A stretch of DNA of 64,000 nt, taken from positions 1 through 64,000 of IMG/VR virus record IMGVR_UViG_3300025326_000023; one strand, given 5' to 3'. The notes below the pieces were generated by a model. That model was given only the letters and a program-made list of their open reading frames with translations. It was not told the DNA's origin and did no database searches. This document shows, piece by piece, positions 9,826 through 20,210 of this stretch. Source of the stretch: a virus. The position numbers were made by a program, and so were the translations under genes. Position 1 is the first letter of the stretch, and each line of letters begins with the position of its first letter.

Positions 9826-12048
9826 GTGGCCGAGAACCATCCGCTGGCGGGCCTCTGCGAGACCTGGCTGGAACTGATCGTCGACGCCAAGAAGCAGCGC
9901 TGGGATCGCTGGGGCCAGTACGCCGCCGAGATGTACAAGTTCTACAACGGCGCGCACAACTTCATGTGGCGGACCGAGTACGCGCGGGCCGAGGGCGGCT
10001 TTCTGGATCAGAGCGCCGCGGTGCCGCTGCCGCGGTTCCTGATGTCCATCGGCAAGGTCTCGGACGGGGTGGACCTGTTCGGGCCGGCCCTGATCCACCA
10101 GTACCCCGAGGTGCTGGTCACTCCGGTGCGGCGGCCGGTTTGCGATCCGCAGCTTTTGGGGCTGGACCCGCAGGACCCGCAGGCGGCGGTCTACGCCGAG
10201 CAGATCCTGGGCGAGCAGGAGCAGGAGCGGAGGCTGACCGAGGCGGTGGCGAGCCACAAGCAGTTCTACCTGAACTGGGTGCAGCGCGAGGCTGGCAAGA
10301 AGAAGCAGGCGCGGCGGGCCATCGTGGACGCCATCGTCAAGGGCATCGGCTGTTTCGTCACCCAACTTTACTCGCCGCGCGGCTCGGCCATCAGCTACCC
10401 GCGCAGCCGCTACCTGTCGCCCAACCAGCTTATCAAAGACCCCGACGCCCGGCATCCGGAAGAGCTGCAGTGGATGGCCATCGAATGGACCGTGCCGGCC
10501 AATCTGCTGGAGCGCAAGTTCGGGCTGGAGCCCGGCGCGTTGAAGGGCCACATGCAATCGCGCGAGGCGCAGGCCAGCGAGCAGGGGCGGCGGGACGCCA
10601 AGGGCAACCGCAAGGAATCCTACGACCTGGTGACCTACTACGAGTTGTTTTCCAAGAACGGTTGCGGGCAGCGGCTGAAGGGCCTGCAGGACGCCAAGCG
10701 GTTGGAGCCGGGCTTGCGGGAGTGGCTAGAGCAGGTGGGCGACTTCGGCTATCTGGTGCTGGTCAAAGGCATCAAGTATCCGCTCAATCTGCACCCGAAG
10801 CTGTTGGCCGAAAGCGATCCCGAGGCGGTGTTCCAGGCGGCCCAGTGGCCGATTCCGTTCTGGCGGGACGAGGGGTCCAGCAACGACTGGCCGGTCAGCG
10901 AGTTGACGTTCAAGGAGGATCCCGAGGACGTCTGGGGGATCAGCATTTTCAAGCCGGCGCTGGGGTTCATCCGGTTCTGCAACTGGTGCCTGAGCTTCCT
11001 GGCCGACAAAGTGGCGGCCAACGCCTGCGACTACATCGGCGTGATGAAAGCGGCGGCGGACGACATCCAGGAGCAATTGGCGCAGCAGCAGGGGCCGCTC
11101 CGGCTGATCAAAATTGACTCGCAGTTCGGGCAGAAGATCAGCGACCTGGTGACGCTGATCGGCAAGCCGGGCTTCGACACGGCGATCTGGACGATGGTCC
11201 AGGAGTCGTTCGAGCAGATCGACAAGACCACGGGCCTGTCGGATCTGTTGTACGGCCAGACCGCCCGCCAGATGCGGTCGGGCACGGAGGCGGGGATTCT
11301 GGGGGAGAACTCGCAGATCCGGCCCAGCGACATGGCGCAGAAGGCGGACGATTGGTACGCCGAGGCGGCGGCCAAGGAGATGCAGGCGGCGATCTGGCTG
11401 CTGGAGCGGCAGGACCTGGAGCCGGTGCTGGGCCGCTACGGTGCGGAGTTCTGGGAGCGGCACATCGCCACCGAAGATTTCGACGCGGTGGTGCGGGACT
11501 ACAAGTACACGCTGGCCGCCGGTTCGGCCCGCAAGCCCAACCGGGCGCAGAAGCTGCGGGGCTTGACGGACCTGGGCCAGTTCATCATCCCCGCCTTGCA
11601 GGCGTATGCAATGGGCGGGCAGGTCGAGCCCTGGAACAACTTCGCCAGCGCCATGGCCGACGCGCTGGAGGTTCCGGGCGAGGGCTTCCTGCTGCAAGGC
11701 CCGCCGGCGCCGGCGGGCGGCCAGGGCGGGGCCGAAGCGGCGGCGGCCGATCAGGCGGAGTCGGCGGCGGCGGCGGCCAAGGCCGAGTTGGATCAGGCGG
11801 CGGAGCTGCAGAAACTGGAAGCCCGCCAGAAGGAGACGGAGCAGAAGATCGCCAGCGCTCAGGTGCAGATGGAACTGGAGGCGGCCAAGACCAAACAGAA
11901 GCTGGCCCAGGACGAAGAGAAACATCCGGCCGGGCTGAGCCAGCAGTACGAGAAGTACCGGGCCGAGATGGTCCGGGCCATGCTGGACCTGGAAGCCACC
12001 CGGCGCAAAATGGACGCCATCAAAAAGCGAGAACAAGGTGCCCCATGA
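9826..12048 (+). CDS. Portal protein
   Basis: 740 aa after TerL; IDKTTGLSDLLYG...RSGTEA motif; coiled-coil C-terminus (barrel-like). Confidence 0.8.
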   Translation: MAENHPLAGLCETWLELIVDAKKQRWDRWGQYAAEMYKFYNGAHNFMWRTEYARAEGGFLDQSAAVPLPRFLMSIGKVSDGVDLFGPALIHQYPEVLVTPVRRPVCDPQLLGLDPQDPQAAVYAEQILGEQEQERRLTEAVASHKQFYLNWVQREAGKKKQARRAIVDAIVKGIGCFVTQLYSPRGSAISYPRSRYLSPNQLIKDPDARHPEELQWMAIEWTVPANLLERKFGLEPGALKGHMQSREAQASEQGRRDAKGNRKESYDLVTYYELFSKNGCGQRLKGLQDAKRLEPGLREWLEQVGDFGYLVLVKGIKYPLNLHPKLLAESDPEAVFQAAQWPIPFWRDEGSSNDWPVSELTFKEDPEDVWGISIFKPALGFIRFCNWCLSFLADKVAANACDYIGVMKAAADDIQEQLAQQQGPLRLIKIDSQFGQKISDLVTLIGKPGFDTAIWTMVQESFEQIDKTTGLSDLLYGQTARQMRSGTEAGILGENSQIRPSDMAQKADDWYAEAAAKEMQAAIWLLERQDLEPVLGRYGAEFWERHIATEDFDAVVRDYKYTLAAGSARKPNRAQKLRGLTDLGQFIIPALQAYAMGGQVEPWNNFASAMADALEVPGEGFLLQGPPAPAGGQGGAEAAAADQAESAAAAAKAELDQAAELQKLEARQKETEQKIASAQVQMELEAAKTKQKLAQDEEKHPAGLSQQYEKYRAEMVRAMLDLEATRRKMDAIKKREQGAP

Positions 12049-12692
12049 GCGGCAGGCTGGATCAGGACGTGCAATTGGCGGAGCAGTTCTGGCTGTCCTG
12101 CGACGTGGAGCAGGTGCGGGCTCGGTACGAGCACGAGGTGGACCTGGAGTTGCAGGAGGACTGGGTGAAGCTGGGCTGCTACTTGGCGTACCGGGAGCAG
12201 GGCGTGGCGCCGCGCTGGGCGGCCATGTCCGCCTGCCGGCGGGCGGCCCGGATGGGCGGCAGCGACCAGCGGTTCAACGCCATCGAACGGCGCAAGATGG
12301 AGAACATGAACCCGCGGCTGCGGGATCGGATCCAGGCGCTGGCGCAGGGTGCGGGGATCCAGACGCAGGGCAAGTTCTACCTGGGCGGGCTGGGGCGCTA
12401 CACCGATCCGCAGGCCTGGGTCAGCACGGTGGACGAGGCGCGGGCGACGGTGGTGCGGAAGGGTCTGCCGTGTGAGGGCCTGGTGAACTATCAGCCGCCG
12501 GAGCGTCCGCTGCCGGAGCCGCCGGCGATGGCGGAGGACATCCGGGATCGCTTGGTGGAGAAGAAGCTGCAAGAAGATCCCGCTTTGCGCGAGCGCGTGC
12601 GGAAGCGGCCGGGAAAGTTGCGCGAGCTTCAGGAAGCCGTTGTTGCTCGGCATGGTCGTCAACCCAAGCGTAGCGGATATAAGGGCCGCTGA
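12045..12692 (+). CDS. Hypothetical protein downstream of the portal
   Basis: ATGA-coupled to the portal (MSGRLDQ...); protein-like composition. Confidence 0.7.
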   Translation: MSGRLDQDVQLAEQFWLSCDVEQVRARYEHEVDLELQEDWVKLGCYLAYREQGVAPRWAAMSACRRAARMGGSDQRFNAIERRKMENMNPRLRDRIQALAQGAGIQTQGKFYLGGLGRYTDPQAWVSTVDEARATVVRKGLPCEGLVNYQPPERPLPEPPAMAEDIRDRLVEKKLQEDPALRERVRKRPGKLRELQEAVVARHGRQPKRSGYKGR

Positions 12693-13512
12693 GGTCGCGG
12701 ATCAGGAAGGGGGCAATGTAGGCGGAGCGGAGCAGTCGGGAGACGTACTGATGGGACAGCAGCAGGGCGTTGGCGATCTCCGGCATGGTGTAGGGCCGCT
12801 CGCGCAGCAGCAGCCGCAGCCGCCGCCGCTGGTGCCGGCGGTCGGGCGGAGAGTGGTCCAGTTGGTGATGCGGCAGCTCGCAGGGCCGGCAGAGCGGCCA
12901 GCCGGCCAGATAGCCGCGGTGCAAGTGGCTCAGCGACTCGGAGCCGCGGCGCCTGAGCAGCCGGGCGATGGCCTGGTAGGTCAGGCGGTGGCGGCGGAAG
13001 GCATTGACCACCGCGCCCAGGGTGCGGGCGATGCCGCTGGGGATCAGTTCCCCGTCTCGCACGCGCCAGCCCGCCGGGACTTGGCCTGGCAGGTAGCTGT
13101 TGCGGGGCCGGTACTGAACCTGCCGATCGGACGCGCGGACCTGGGCGATGGCCCGGTGCAGTTCCGCCCGGCCGGCGTCGCTGGCCAAATCGAAGCGGTT
13201 TTCCACGAACTCCAGGGTCACGCCGCGGGCTTTGAGACGCGGCAGGCTATCGCGGCAATCGGCGTGGCCGCGGAAGACCAGTTCCGGGGCCGCCGCCACG
13301 ATCACATCGCCGGGCCGCAGCCGCAGCCAGAGCGATTGGCCTTCCAGGCGTTCCAGCCAAGGCGAGTTGCGCGCCTGCATCCGGTCGCAGCACCAGGGCG
13401 GCGACCAGTCGCCGGTGCGGTTGCCCACCCAGGCCCGGCAGGCGTTGCGCTGCTGACCTTCGGTCGACCAGGCGGCGTCGCAGCCGTAGGTCCAGTGCAC
13501 GATGTCCGACAT
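12421..13512 (-). CDS. Degenerate serine-recombinase (resolvase-fold) protein with C-terminal HTH
   Basis: LRPGDVIV...VFR...LKARGVTLEFV...DLAS.AGR resolvase pattern; catalytic YxRVS and DRLxR not intact; YTMPEIANALLLSHQYVSRLL HTH; 3' end overlaps the opposite-strand gene. Confidence 0.6.
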   Translation of the reverse strand: MSDIVHWTYGCDAAWSTEGQQRNACRAWVGNRTGDWSPPWCCDRMQARNSPWLERLEGQSLWLRLRPGDVIVAAAPELVFRGHADCRDSLPRLKARGVTLEFVENRFDLASDAGRAELHRAIAQVRASDRQVQYRPRNSYLPGQVPAGWRVRDGELIPSGIARTLGAVVNAFRRHRLTYQAIARLLRRRGSESLSHLHRGYLAGWPLCRPCELPHHQLDHSPPDRRHQRRRLRLLLRERPYTMPEIANALLLSHQYVSRLLRSAYIAPFLIRDLSGPYIRYAWVDDHAEQQRLPEARATFPAASARARAKRDLLAASSPPSDPGCPPPSPAAPAADAPAADSSPGPHTADPSAPPSPAPRPPC

Positions 13513-13532
13513 GGTTTTTCCAGGAGGGGCTG

Positions 13533-14744
13533 ATGGCCGACTATCAAAACAGCGTCCCGGCATACGACCGGACCCTCAGTATATTCACCTTCCAGGATGC
13601 GGTCGAGCGGCTGCTGGATTTGTACGGGCTGAAGCGCACGGACGTCGGCAGCTTGCGGCGGGTGCGCGAGGCGGTGCTGTCCGCCTACCGGGAACTGGGC
13701 AATCGCCGGCACTGGTCCTGCTACTGTCGGCGGATGATCCTGAAGAGTGTGGCCGCGCACACCACGGGCACGGTCTCCTACGACCATACGGGCGGGTCGT
13801 CGGAGCGGTTGCTGACCTTCAGTTCGGCTCTGCCGTCCTGGGCGCGCTGGGGCAAGATTCAGCTTTCGAGCGTGGACTACGAGATCGCCTCGGCGCCCAG
13901 CAGCCTCACGGCCACGCTCAAGCAGCACAGCAATCCAGGCGCCGACGTGGCCTCCACCACGTTCACCCTGTTCCGCTCGCTCTACACCCTGCCCAACGAA
14001 CTGCAGGAGGTGGTCCAGATCCTGGACGTGAGCGATCAGACCACGGTCCGGCCGGTGCCGTTCCGGCAACTCCAGTGGGATGCGGTGGTCTCCTACGGGG
14101 CGCCGGACGTGCCCTACTGGTGCGTGGTGCGGAGCGACCCCGGCCGCTACGGGCACAAGGCCCTGGAGTTCAGTCCGGGGACGGAGGAGGCGCGCAGCTA
14201 CGACATCGCCTACCTGGCCCAGGCCCGCCCGTTGCAGATCGAGAAGTACAGCGCGGGCACGGTCAGCCTGACGGCTGGGGGCACCACGGTGACGCTCTCC
14301 GGGGGCACCTTCCCGGAAGACTGCGTGGGGGCGGTGATCCGGTTCAGCGCGGACGGGCTGGAGGAGCCGACCGGCGTGGCGGGCACGGCCGACGACATCG
14401 ACAACCGCTACAGCCAGGCGCGGGTCATCCAGTCGCGGACCAGCGGCACGGCGGTCACCATCGACCAGTCGATTTCCAGCGCGGCCGTGAGCGCCGTGCG
14501 GTACACGATCAGCGATCCGCTGGACATCGACTACCAGGTGATGCTCAACGCCCTGCACGCGCTGGCCGAGGCGGAGATGGCCAAGCGGGTCCGCAACAAG
14601 AAGGAAGACGAGAGCGGGCGCTACCGCCGGGACGCGGACCGCGAAGTGCGGCGGGCCCAGGAAGCCGACACCAAGCTGCTGCAGGGCACCTCGCAGTGGT
14701 GGGTGGATCTGAACCGGCGCGACCCGGATTGGACGGAGGCGTAG
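13533..14744 (+). CDS. Head-tail adaptor or tail tubular-like virion protein
   Basis: 403 aa in the structural operon; YTLPNEL pattern; beta-rich inserts. Confidence 0.55.
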   Translation: MADYQNSVPAYDRTLSIFTFQDAVERLLDLYGLKRTDVGSLRRVREAVLSAYRELGNRRHWSCYCRRMILKSVAAHTTGTVSYDHTGGSSERLLTFSSALPSWARWGKIQLSSVDYEIASAPSSLTATLKQHSNPGADVASTTFTLFRSLYTLPNELQEVVQILDVSDQTTVRPVPFRQLQWDAVVSYGAPDVPYWCVVRSDPGRYGHKALEFSPGTEEARSYDIAYLAQARPLQIEKYSAGTVSLTAGGTTVTLSGGTFPEDCVGAVIRFSADGLEEPTGVAGTADDIDNRYSQARVIQSRTSGTAVTIDQSISSAAVSAVRYTISDPLDIDYQVMLNALHALAEAEMAKRVRNKKEDESGRYRRDADREVRRAQEADTKLLQGTSQWWVDLNRRDPDWTEA

Positions 14745-14785
14745 GCCGGAGGCCGGAGGTCGGAGGTCAGAGGCCGGAGGGCGGG
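14744..14785 (+). repeat. GG(C/T)C(G/A)GA heptamer tandem, about 6 copies
   Basis: ggccgga ggccgga ggtcgga ggtcaga ggccgga gggcggg between two genes. Confidence 0.75.
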
Positions 14786-14795
14786 GAGTAGCGAG

Positions 14796-15236
14796 ATGGC
14801 GTCGGACAATTCGGTTTACAAGAAGTTCCTCAACGCGGTAGAGGACGACTTGAGCGAGTTGGACTTAGGCTACCCGGTCGTCCAGGCGCAACTGCCGGAC
14901 GACGGGGAATTCCAGCACCAGGGGCTGGTGCTATCCTGGGACGACGAGAAGGCGGAGGGCGGCACCAACGAGCGGGACGACATCGCCTACCCGGCGGTGT
15001 TGAGTTTGGTGAAGGGCAGCGTGCGGGACTGGGAGGGCGAGATGGACGAGATCGCCTACGTGCGGGAGCGGGTGCGGCGGAAGTTCCACAACAAACGGGT
15101 CACGCTCTCCGATTCGCTGGCCATCCCGATGGGCTGCAAAGTGCGGTACGGGCCGATCGGGCTGGCGGAGAAATGGGTCGACAACTGGAACGATTCCCGG
15201 CTGGTGATTTGGGGATACTTTCGGGAGAGTAGGTAG
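14796..15236 (+). CDS. Tail-completion/terminator-like virion protein
   Basis: 146 aa, acidic; position in the structural operon; RBS GGAG. Confidence 0.5.
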   Translation: MASDNSVYKKFLNAVEDDLSELDLGYPVVQAQLPDDGEFQHQGLVLSWDDEKAEGGTNERDDIAYPAVLSLVKGSVRDWEGEMDEIAYVRERVRRKFHNKRVTLSDSLAIPMGCKVRYGPIGLAEKWVDNWNDSRLVIWGYFRESR

Positions 15237-15355
15237 CAATGAGAAATGAAGAATGAAGAATGAGCAATGAGCAATGAGAAATGCAGTTCGTCATTGTTCA
15301 TTTTTAATTGTTCGTTTCTCATTCTTCATTTCTTCGTCAGCGGGCTTTAGACATT
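15237..15355. repeat. Inverted pair of AATGAnn heptamer tracts
   Basis: caatgagaaatgaagaatgaagaatgagcaatgagcaatgagaaatg followed by the inverse tract and TTAGACATT. Confidence 0.85.
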
Positions 15356-15377
15356 TCCCCTTCCGAGGGCTTTGGTT

Positions 15378-18300
15378 ATGGCGATGGACGTGCTGGACCA
15401 ATTGCTGAAGCGGCGGATGGCGCTGCAGTTGCCGCGGCTGGCGGGGGCGTCGGCGTTGGGGCTGGAGCCGCTTCCTGGTTTGGACGAGCAGGAAGACGAG
15501 CCGCCCTTGAGCGCCGAAGAGGAAGAGGGCCTGGCCCGCAAGCTGGCTCGGCGCGGGATCGGCGGGCTGTCCTGGGTCGGCGAGACCCTGGGCAAGCCGG
15601 GCGCGGCGGTCACGGGCACGTTGTCGGGGATCACCGATTTGTTGCAGGGCCGCACGCCGCGCTGGGGTGGGGGCCTGTTGAACCTGCTGCCGCTGACGGA
15701 CACCTTCAAGTTCACCGATCCCGATCAGCGCGTGTACAGTCGCGACTTGCTGGAGAAGTGGGGGGCGCTCAAGCCCAACAAGCCCGGCCTGGACGTGGGC
15801 GACGTGCTGGGGTTCGGCCTGGACTTGGCCCTGGACCCGTTGACGTATGCCACGTTCGGCGCTTCGGCGCTGGGCAAGGCGGGGCAGGTGGCCAAGGCGG
15901 CGGGCGTGCTGGACGACGCCATGCGGGCGGCGGCGCGAGGGGTATCCGTCAACCGGCCTGTCGTGCAGCGGATGCTCAAGGGCGCGCAGGCGCCGGCGGG
16001 ATGGCTGGGCAAGGCCAAGCTGGGCAAGCGCCAGTTCCGCATGAACGCCACCCTGGACGACGTGCTGGAGCACTACCGCACGTTGGGTCCGGCGGCTGAG
16101 GCGGAGGCCGTGAAGAAACTGCAGACGGCGGCGCAGGCGGCAGGGACCACGCTGGACGAATTGCGCGAGGCCCGGCTGGGCGGCCTGATGGGCTTCGGCC
16201 TGCCGCCGCTGCCGGGGCTGGGTGGCCGCGGGCCGCTATTCACGACGAACCTGGGGGCGGCGGGCGAGAAGTACGCCAAGGGGGCGGATTTCGTAGGCCA
16301 GGCGATGAAGGCTTCGGGCTTGGGCCGCTGGACGCGGCGCGCCTTCCAGGCCAGCGTGCGGGGCCGGGCCACGGAGTTGGGGCAGGACTCCGCCCAGCAC
16401 GCCGCACCGCTCTACGAAGCCACGCTGGCCCGCCACCAGCCGCGCTTGCTGCAAGCGGCCGACGTGCTGGACGCCGACGACGTGTTGCGCAAGCGCGGGC
16501 GCGAGCAGCGGATGATCGCCGAAGGCGTGCCCAACGCGCCGCCGCCGGTCAGCCCCAACGAACAGCAGGCGGTCGAGTTGGTGCGGGACCTGAGCCCGCG
16601 GGTGCTGCAGGAGCAGCGGGACGCCGGCTGGGCGATCGACGCCCTGGAAGACCCCTTCGCCAAGTACCACTCGCACCGCGGGCTGGGCAGCGACGCCACC
16701 AAGTCCGTGGACTTGTCGCCCTCGGGCGGGATCGAGACCGGCCCGGCGATCCGACGCGAGATGATGCTGCGCGGCCATAAGGGCGGCACCACGGGGATTG
16801 ACGACACGTTCCGGGACCCGAAGTTCGAGCAGATCGCCCAGGACCCGAATTTCCCCACGGAGATTGAGAAGATCAAAGAGGCGGAGGACTACCTGCGCAA
16901 CAGCGCGCACACGCCGAACATCCAGGACTGGATGCCCAAGGTGGACGATGACGGCTGGATGCTGTACGACCGGGCGGTGCTCCAGAACGGCCAGGTGGTC
17001 ATGACTCCTCGCGGGAACGTCAAGGTGCGCAAGGGCGATCCGGTGCGGCTGCGGATGGGCCGGGCCAAGTCGCTGCTGCAGCAGCAGGTGGCCGGCACCA
17101 ACAACCCGGTGCCCAGCATTTTCGAGCCGCACCAGATCAGCCGCACGGTCAGCCGCCGGGGCCAACAGGTGGCGGAAGTGCTGGTGCCGCGGCACGGCTC
17201 CCGGCTTCGGCAATACGCCGAGGCGATCATCCGCAGCCAGGAGTATCGCCAGACCGGGATGTTCACGAACAACTTCGTCACGGACGCCAGCAACATGGTC
17301 AACTGGCACGCGGGGCGGCTGGAGCGGGCGGAGTTCACCGCGGACCTGCTCGGCCGCTCGCTGCCCAACGCCCCGGACGGCGTGACGGTGATGAGCGGCG
17401 GCATCCGCAAGGGCAAGGCGCTGGGGGAGGCCGAGAACCTGCAGGTGGAGAAGGTGCTGGAAAGCCAGGGGTTTGATTTCCCGACCATTGGCAAGCGGAT
17501 CATCGAGCGGCGGGCGGCCAATGGGTTGATCGCCAAGCCCGTCACGCCGGACGAGTGGGCCAAGGCCCTCCGCGATCTGCGCCAGGAGTACATCTCGCCG
17601 GACTACTACCGCGAGTTGGTGCCACAGAAAGCGGTGACGCCGGAGGGCGGGGTGCTGGAAAAAGCTGGCAACGTGGCGCGCAGCAACCTGGCCTTGTTCA
17701 AGGCTGGCGTCTTGACCTGGCCGGCCCGCTACGCCCGCGACATCATGAGCGGCATCGAGCGGCTGACCGAGCGGGGCATGGCCGGGCCGGGGGATCTGTG
17801 GAATGCCCGGAAACTGTTCCAGGGCCAGAGCGTGCGGGGGGGGCTGGAGCAGATCCCGGCCGTCCAGGACATTTTGCGGGACGTGCTGAAGGTGCCCAAC
17901 CCGGCTCGCGCCACGCCGGAGGAAACCAGCCGGGCGATGCGGCTCCTGTACAGCACCTACCATTCACCCGTGCACCGCATCGAAAGCGAATTGACCGGCG
18001 TGCCGCGCCTGGAAGGCGGGCTGGAGCAGGTCACCCAGGGCCTGGTGGGGCGGCAGGAGCGGGGCCTATTGGGCGGGATCGGCAACCTGCTGGCCACCGG
18101 CGTGGGGGCGCGGCGCGAACCGGGCCTGTCCTGGCTGCAGTCCCTGAAGCCCTGGCGGGTGCGCGGCTGGCACGAAGGCTGGACCGGCAAGCCGCTGCAG
18201 AACCCGGAGTTCGCGCTGGCCGCGGCCGGCGACATCGCGGGCCAGGCTACCGACAACATCCCACGCATGGCCGGCTTCATCAATCTGCTGAAGAAGGGCG

Positions 18301-20210
18301 TCGATCCGCAGGAGGCGATGCGGCAAGTCAATTTGTCGCTGGTCAGCTACAACCCGCGAGATTACACCGCGCTGGAACGGAAGCTGAAACAGCTACTACC
18401 TTTTTACAGCTTTTGCATGCCGGTGGACCATCAGATTCTCTCGCAGGATGGTTGGAAGACCTACGATCAACTGGCCGTTGGCGAACCTGTGTTGACGCTG
18501 AATCACGAGACTGGCACGCTGGAATGGCAGCCCGTTCAGGCGATCAACGTTTTTCCCCATGATGGGCCCCTGTTGGCATGGCAGATCAGCCGCAAACACA
18601 AAAAAGTCCGATTTGAATTCACATCGAATCATCGTTGGCCGATTCTTACAGAAACGGGGACATTTGCCTACTGCCTAGCGTCCGGTGAATCCCGGCGCGG
18701 CCGTCGCCACGTCAAAAGGCGATGGCGACTGGGGGGCGACCTGAGACAACATGATCGCATTCCCTGCACAGGCGACTTTCAGACGAAAGAGGCCAGTATC
18801 CTCAATGTGCGTCTGGCGAAATTGCTCGGTTGGATCGTCACCGATGGATTTTTCCGTCGGCGCCCCAGGGGGGAACGCACGTATGCGGAGGCCAGGATCT
18901 ATCAGAGTCCTCACAAGCACCTTCAGGAATTGATCGAACTGACTGGCTCCGTGCCGTGCAAGCCGCATCCGATCAGTGGCGTGGTGGCACTCAATGTCAA
19001 GATCGACGATTTGCGAGAGATCATGAAGGTCTTCCAGACGAAGGCCGATTTATGCCGCATTGTGTGTCGGCTCTCTCGCGAGGCTGCTGAAGCCATGTGG
19101 GACGCGATGTTCAAAGCCGAAGGCTCGACATCCGCGGCTGGCAATATGCACTTTGCGCAGAGCCCGGAAATCAATCCTGAAGTCCTGGATGCGTTTCAAA
19201 TCCTTTGCCTGATGACGGGCAGGACGGCCCATTTGTCCTCGGTGGGATGTTTCGTCAAGCGATCTAAATGCTGGTATGTACACGATCGCATCACGTCTTT
19301 TGACTATGAGGGCTTAGTTTGGTGTCCCACGACGGCCAACGGTACATGGATTGCTCGCCATGATGGGGCAGTCACGATCACGGGAAATTCATCGCGTCAG
19401 ATCCCCTACGTGATGCAGGAGCTTACCAACCGGCCGGGCGGGCGGCTGGGGATGCTGATCAAGGGCAGTTCGCGGGCCAGGGAGCCGGACGCGATGGCGC
19501 CCGATTACGTGTCCAGCACGATGTCGGTGCCGATCGGCGCGTCGCCGGAGGGCGGGCGGCGGTACTTGACCAGCTTCGGGCTGATGCACGAGGACCCGAT
19601 GGCCTGGGCCAAGTTGATGCAGGGCGACATGCGGGGGTTCCTGACGGAGCTGGCCTCGCGAGCCCGGCCCGAGTTGAAAGGCGCGACCGAGTACGCCACC
19701 AACCGGATCTTCTTCCAGTCGGGTCCCACCGGGCCGCGGGACGCCAGCGACGCCGATCCGCTGCTGGGCCGGCTGTGGGCCAACCTCCGGGACATCAAGA
19801 CGGGCCAGAAGACGAAGAAGGTGTTGCCGCTGTTCGGCTCGCTGGGCCTGGAGATGGCAGCGGCCAACTCGCCGCCGTCGCGGCTCTTGACCACGGCCCG
19901 CATGGTCACCGACCCCGACAAGTACAAGAGCGTTTGGCCGCTGGCGCTCCAGCTTCTCACGGGCGCCCGCGTCACGCGGGTCTCGCCGGGCGCCGAGGAA
20001 GCCATCCTGCGCGAGACGGCCGGGCAGTTGATGAAGCGGATGGGCGGGGCGGAGTTCGTGCGGTCCTACATCAAGCCGGAGGTGCTGGCGCAGATGGACC
20101 CCGAATCGCGGGCGCTGGGCGAGCAACTCAACGCCGCCCAGCGGATCTGGAGCCGGCGGCAGCGGGAGCGGAAGAAGGCGGAGGAAAAGGGGCAGAGGGC
20201 GAAGGTGTAG
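15378..20210 (+). CDS. Giant internal-virion/DNA-ejection-like protein containing an intein
   Basis: About 1610 aa; N-terminal GFGLDLALDPLTY and C-terminal Y.PRDYT.LE...PFYSF motifs resemble podovirus internal virion proteins. Confidence 0.6.
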   Translation: MAMDVLDQLLKRRMALQLPRLAGASALGLEPLPGLDEQEDEPPLSAEEEEGLARKLARRGIGGLSWVGETLGKPGAAVTGTLSGITDLLQGRTPRWGGGLLNLLPLTDTFKFTDPDQRVYSRDLLEKWGALKPNKPGLDVGDVLGFGLDLALDPLTYATFGASALGKAGQVAKAAGVLDDAMRAAARGVSVNRPVVQRMLKGAQAPAGWLGKAKLGKRQFRMNATLDDVLEHYRTLGPAAEAEAVKKLQTAAQAAGTTLDELREARLGGLMGFGLPPLPGLGGRGPLFTTNLGAAGEKYAKGADFVGQAMKASGLGRWTRRAFQASVRGRATELGQDSAQHAAPLYEATLARHQPRLLQAADVLDADDVLRKRGREQRMIAEGVPNAPPPVSPNEQQAVELVRDLSPRVLQEQRDAGWAIDALEDPFAKYHSHRGLGSDATKSVDLSPSGGIETGPAIRREMMLRGHKGGTTGIDDTFRDPKFEQIAQDPNFPTEIEKIKEAEDYLRNSAHTPNIQDWMPKVDDDGWMLYDRAVLQNGQVVMTPRGNVKVRKGDPVRLRMGRAKSLLQQQVAGTNNPVPSIFEPHQISRTVSRRGQQVAEVLVPRHGSRLRQYAEAIIRSQEYRQTGMFTNNFVTDASNMVNWHAGRLERAEFTADLLGRSLPNAPDGVTVMSGGIRKGKALGEAENLQVEKVLESQGFDFPTIGKRIIERRAANGLIAKPVTPDEWAKALRDLRQEYISPDYYRELVPQKAVTPEGGVLEKAGNVARSNLALFKAGVLTWPARYARDIMSGIERLTERGMAGPGDLWNARKLFQGQSVRGGLEQIPAVQDILRDVLKVPNPARATPEETSRAMRLLYSTYHSPVHRIESELTGVPRLEGGLEQVTQGLVGRQERGLLGGIGNLLATGVGARREPGLSWLQSLKPWRVRGWHEGWTGKPLQNPEFALAAAGDIAGQATDNIPRMAGFINLLKKGVDPQEAMRQVNLSLVSYNPRDYTALERKLKQLLPFYSFCMPVDHQILSQDGWKTYDQLAVGEPVLTLNHETGTLEWQPVQAINVFPHDGPLLAWQISRKHKKVRFEFTSNHRWPILTETGTFAYCLASGESRRGRRHVKRRWRLGGDLRQHDRIPCTGDFQTKEASILNVRLAKLLGWIVTDGFFRRRPRGERTYAEARIYQSPHKHLQELIELTGSVPCKPHPISGVVALNVKIDDLREIMKVFQTKADLCRIVCRLSREAAEAMWDAMFKAEGSTSAAGNMHFAQSPEINPEVLDAFQILCLMTGRTAHLSSVGCFVKRSKCWYVHDRITSFDYEGLVWCPTTANGTWIARHDGAVTITGNSSRQIPYVMQELTNRPGGRLGMLIKGSSRAREPDAMAPDYVSSTMSVPIGASPEGGRRYLTSFGLMHEDPMAWAKLMQGDMRGFLTELASRARPELKGATEYATNRIFFQSGPTGPRDASDADPLLGRLWANLRDIKTGQKTKKVLPLFGSLGLEMAAANSPPSRLLTTARMVTDPDKYKSVWPLALQLLTGARVTRVSPGAEEAILRETAGQLMKRMGGAEFVRSYIKPEVLAQMDPESRALGEQLNAAQRIWSRRQRERKKAEEKGQRAKV
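18414..19388 (+). mobile_element. Intein (325 aa) with LAGLIDADG-type domain
   Basis: F|CMPVDHQILSQDGW...TSNHRW...VWCPTTANGTW...ITGN|S; LLGWIVTDG and DAMFKAEG; lower GC. Confidence 0.88.
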
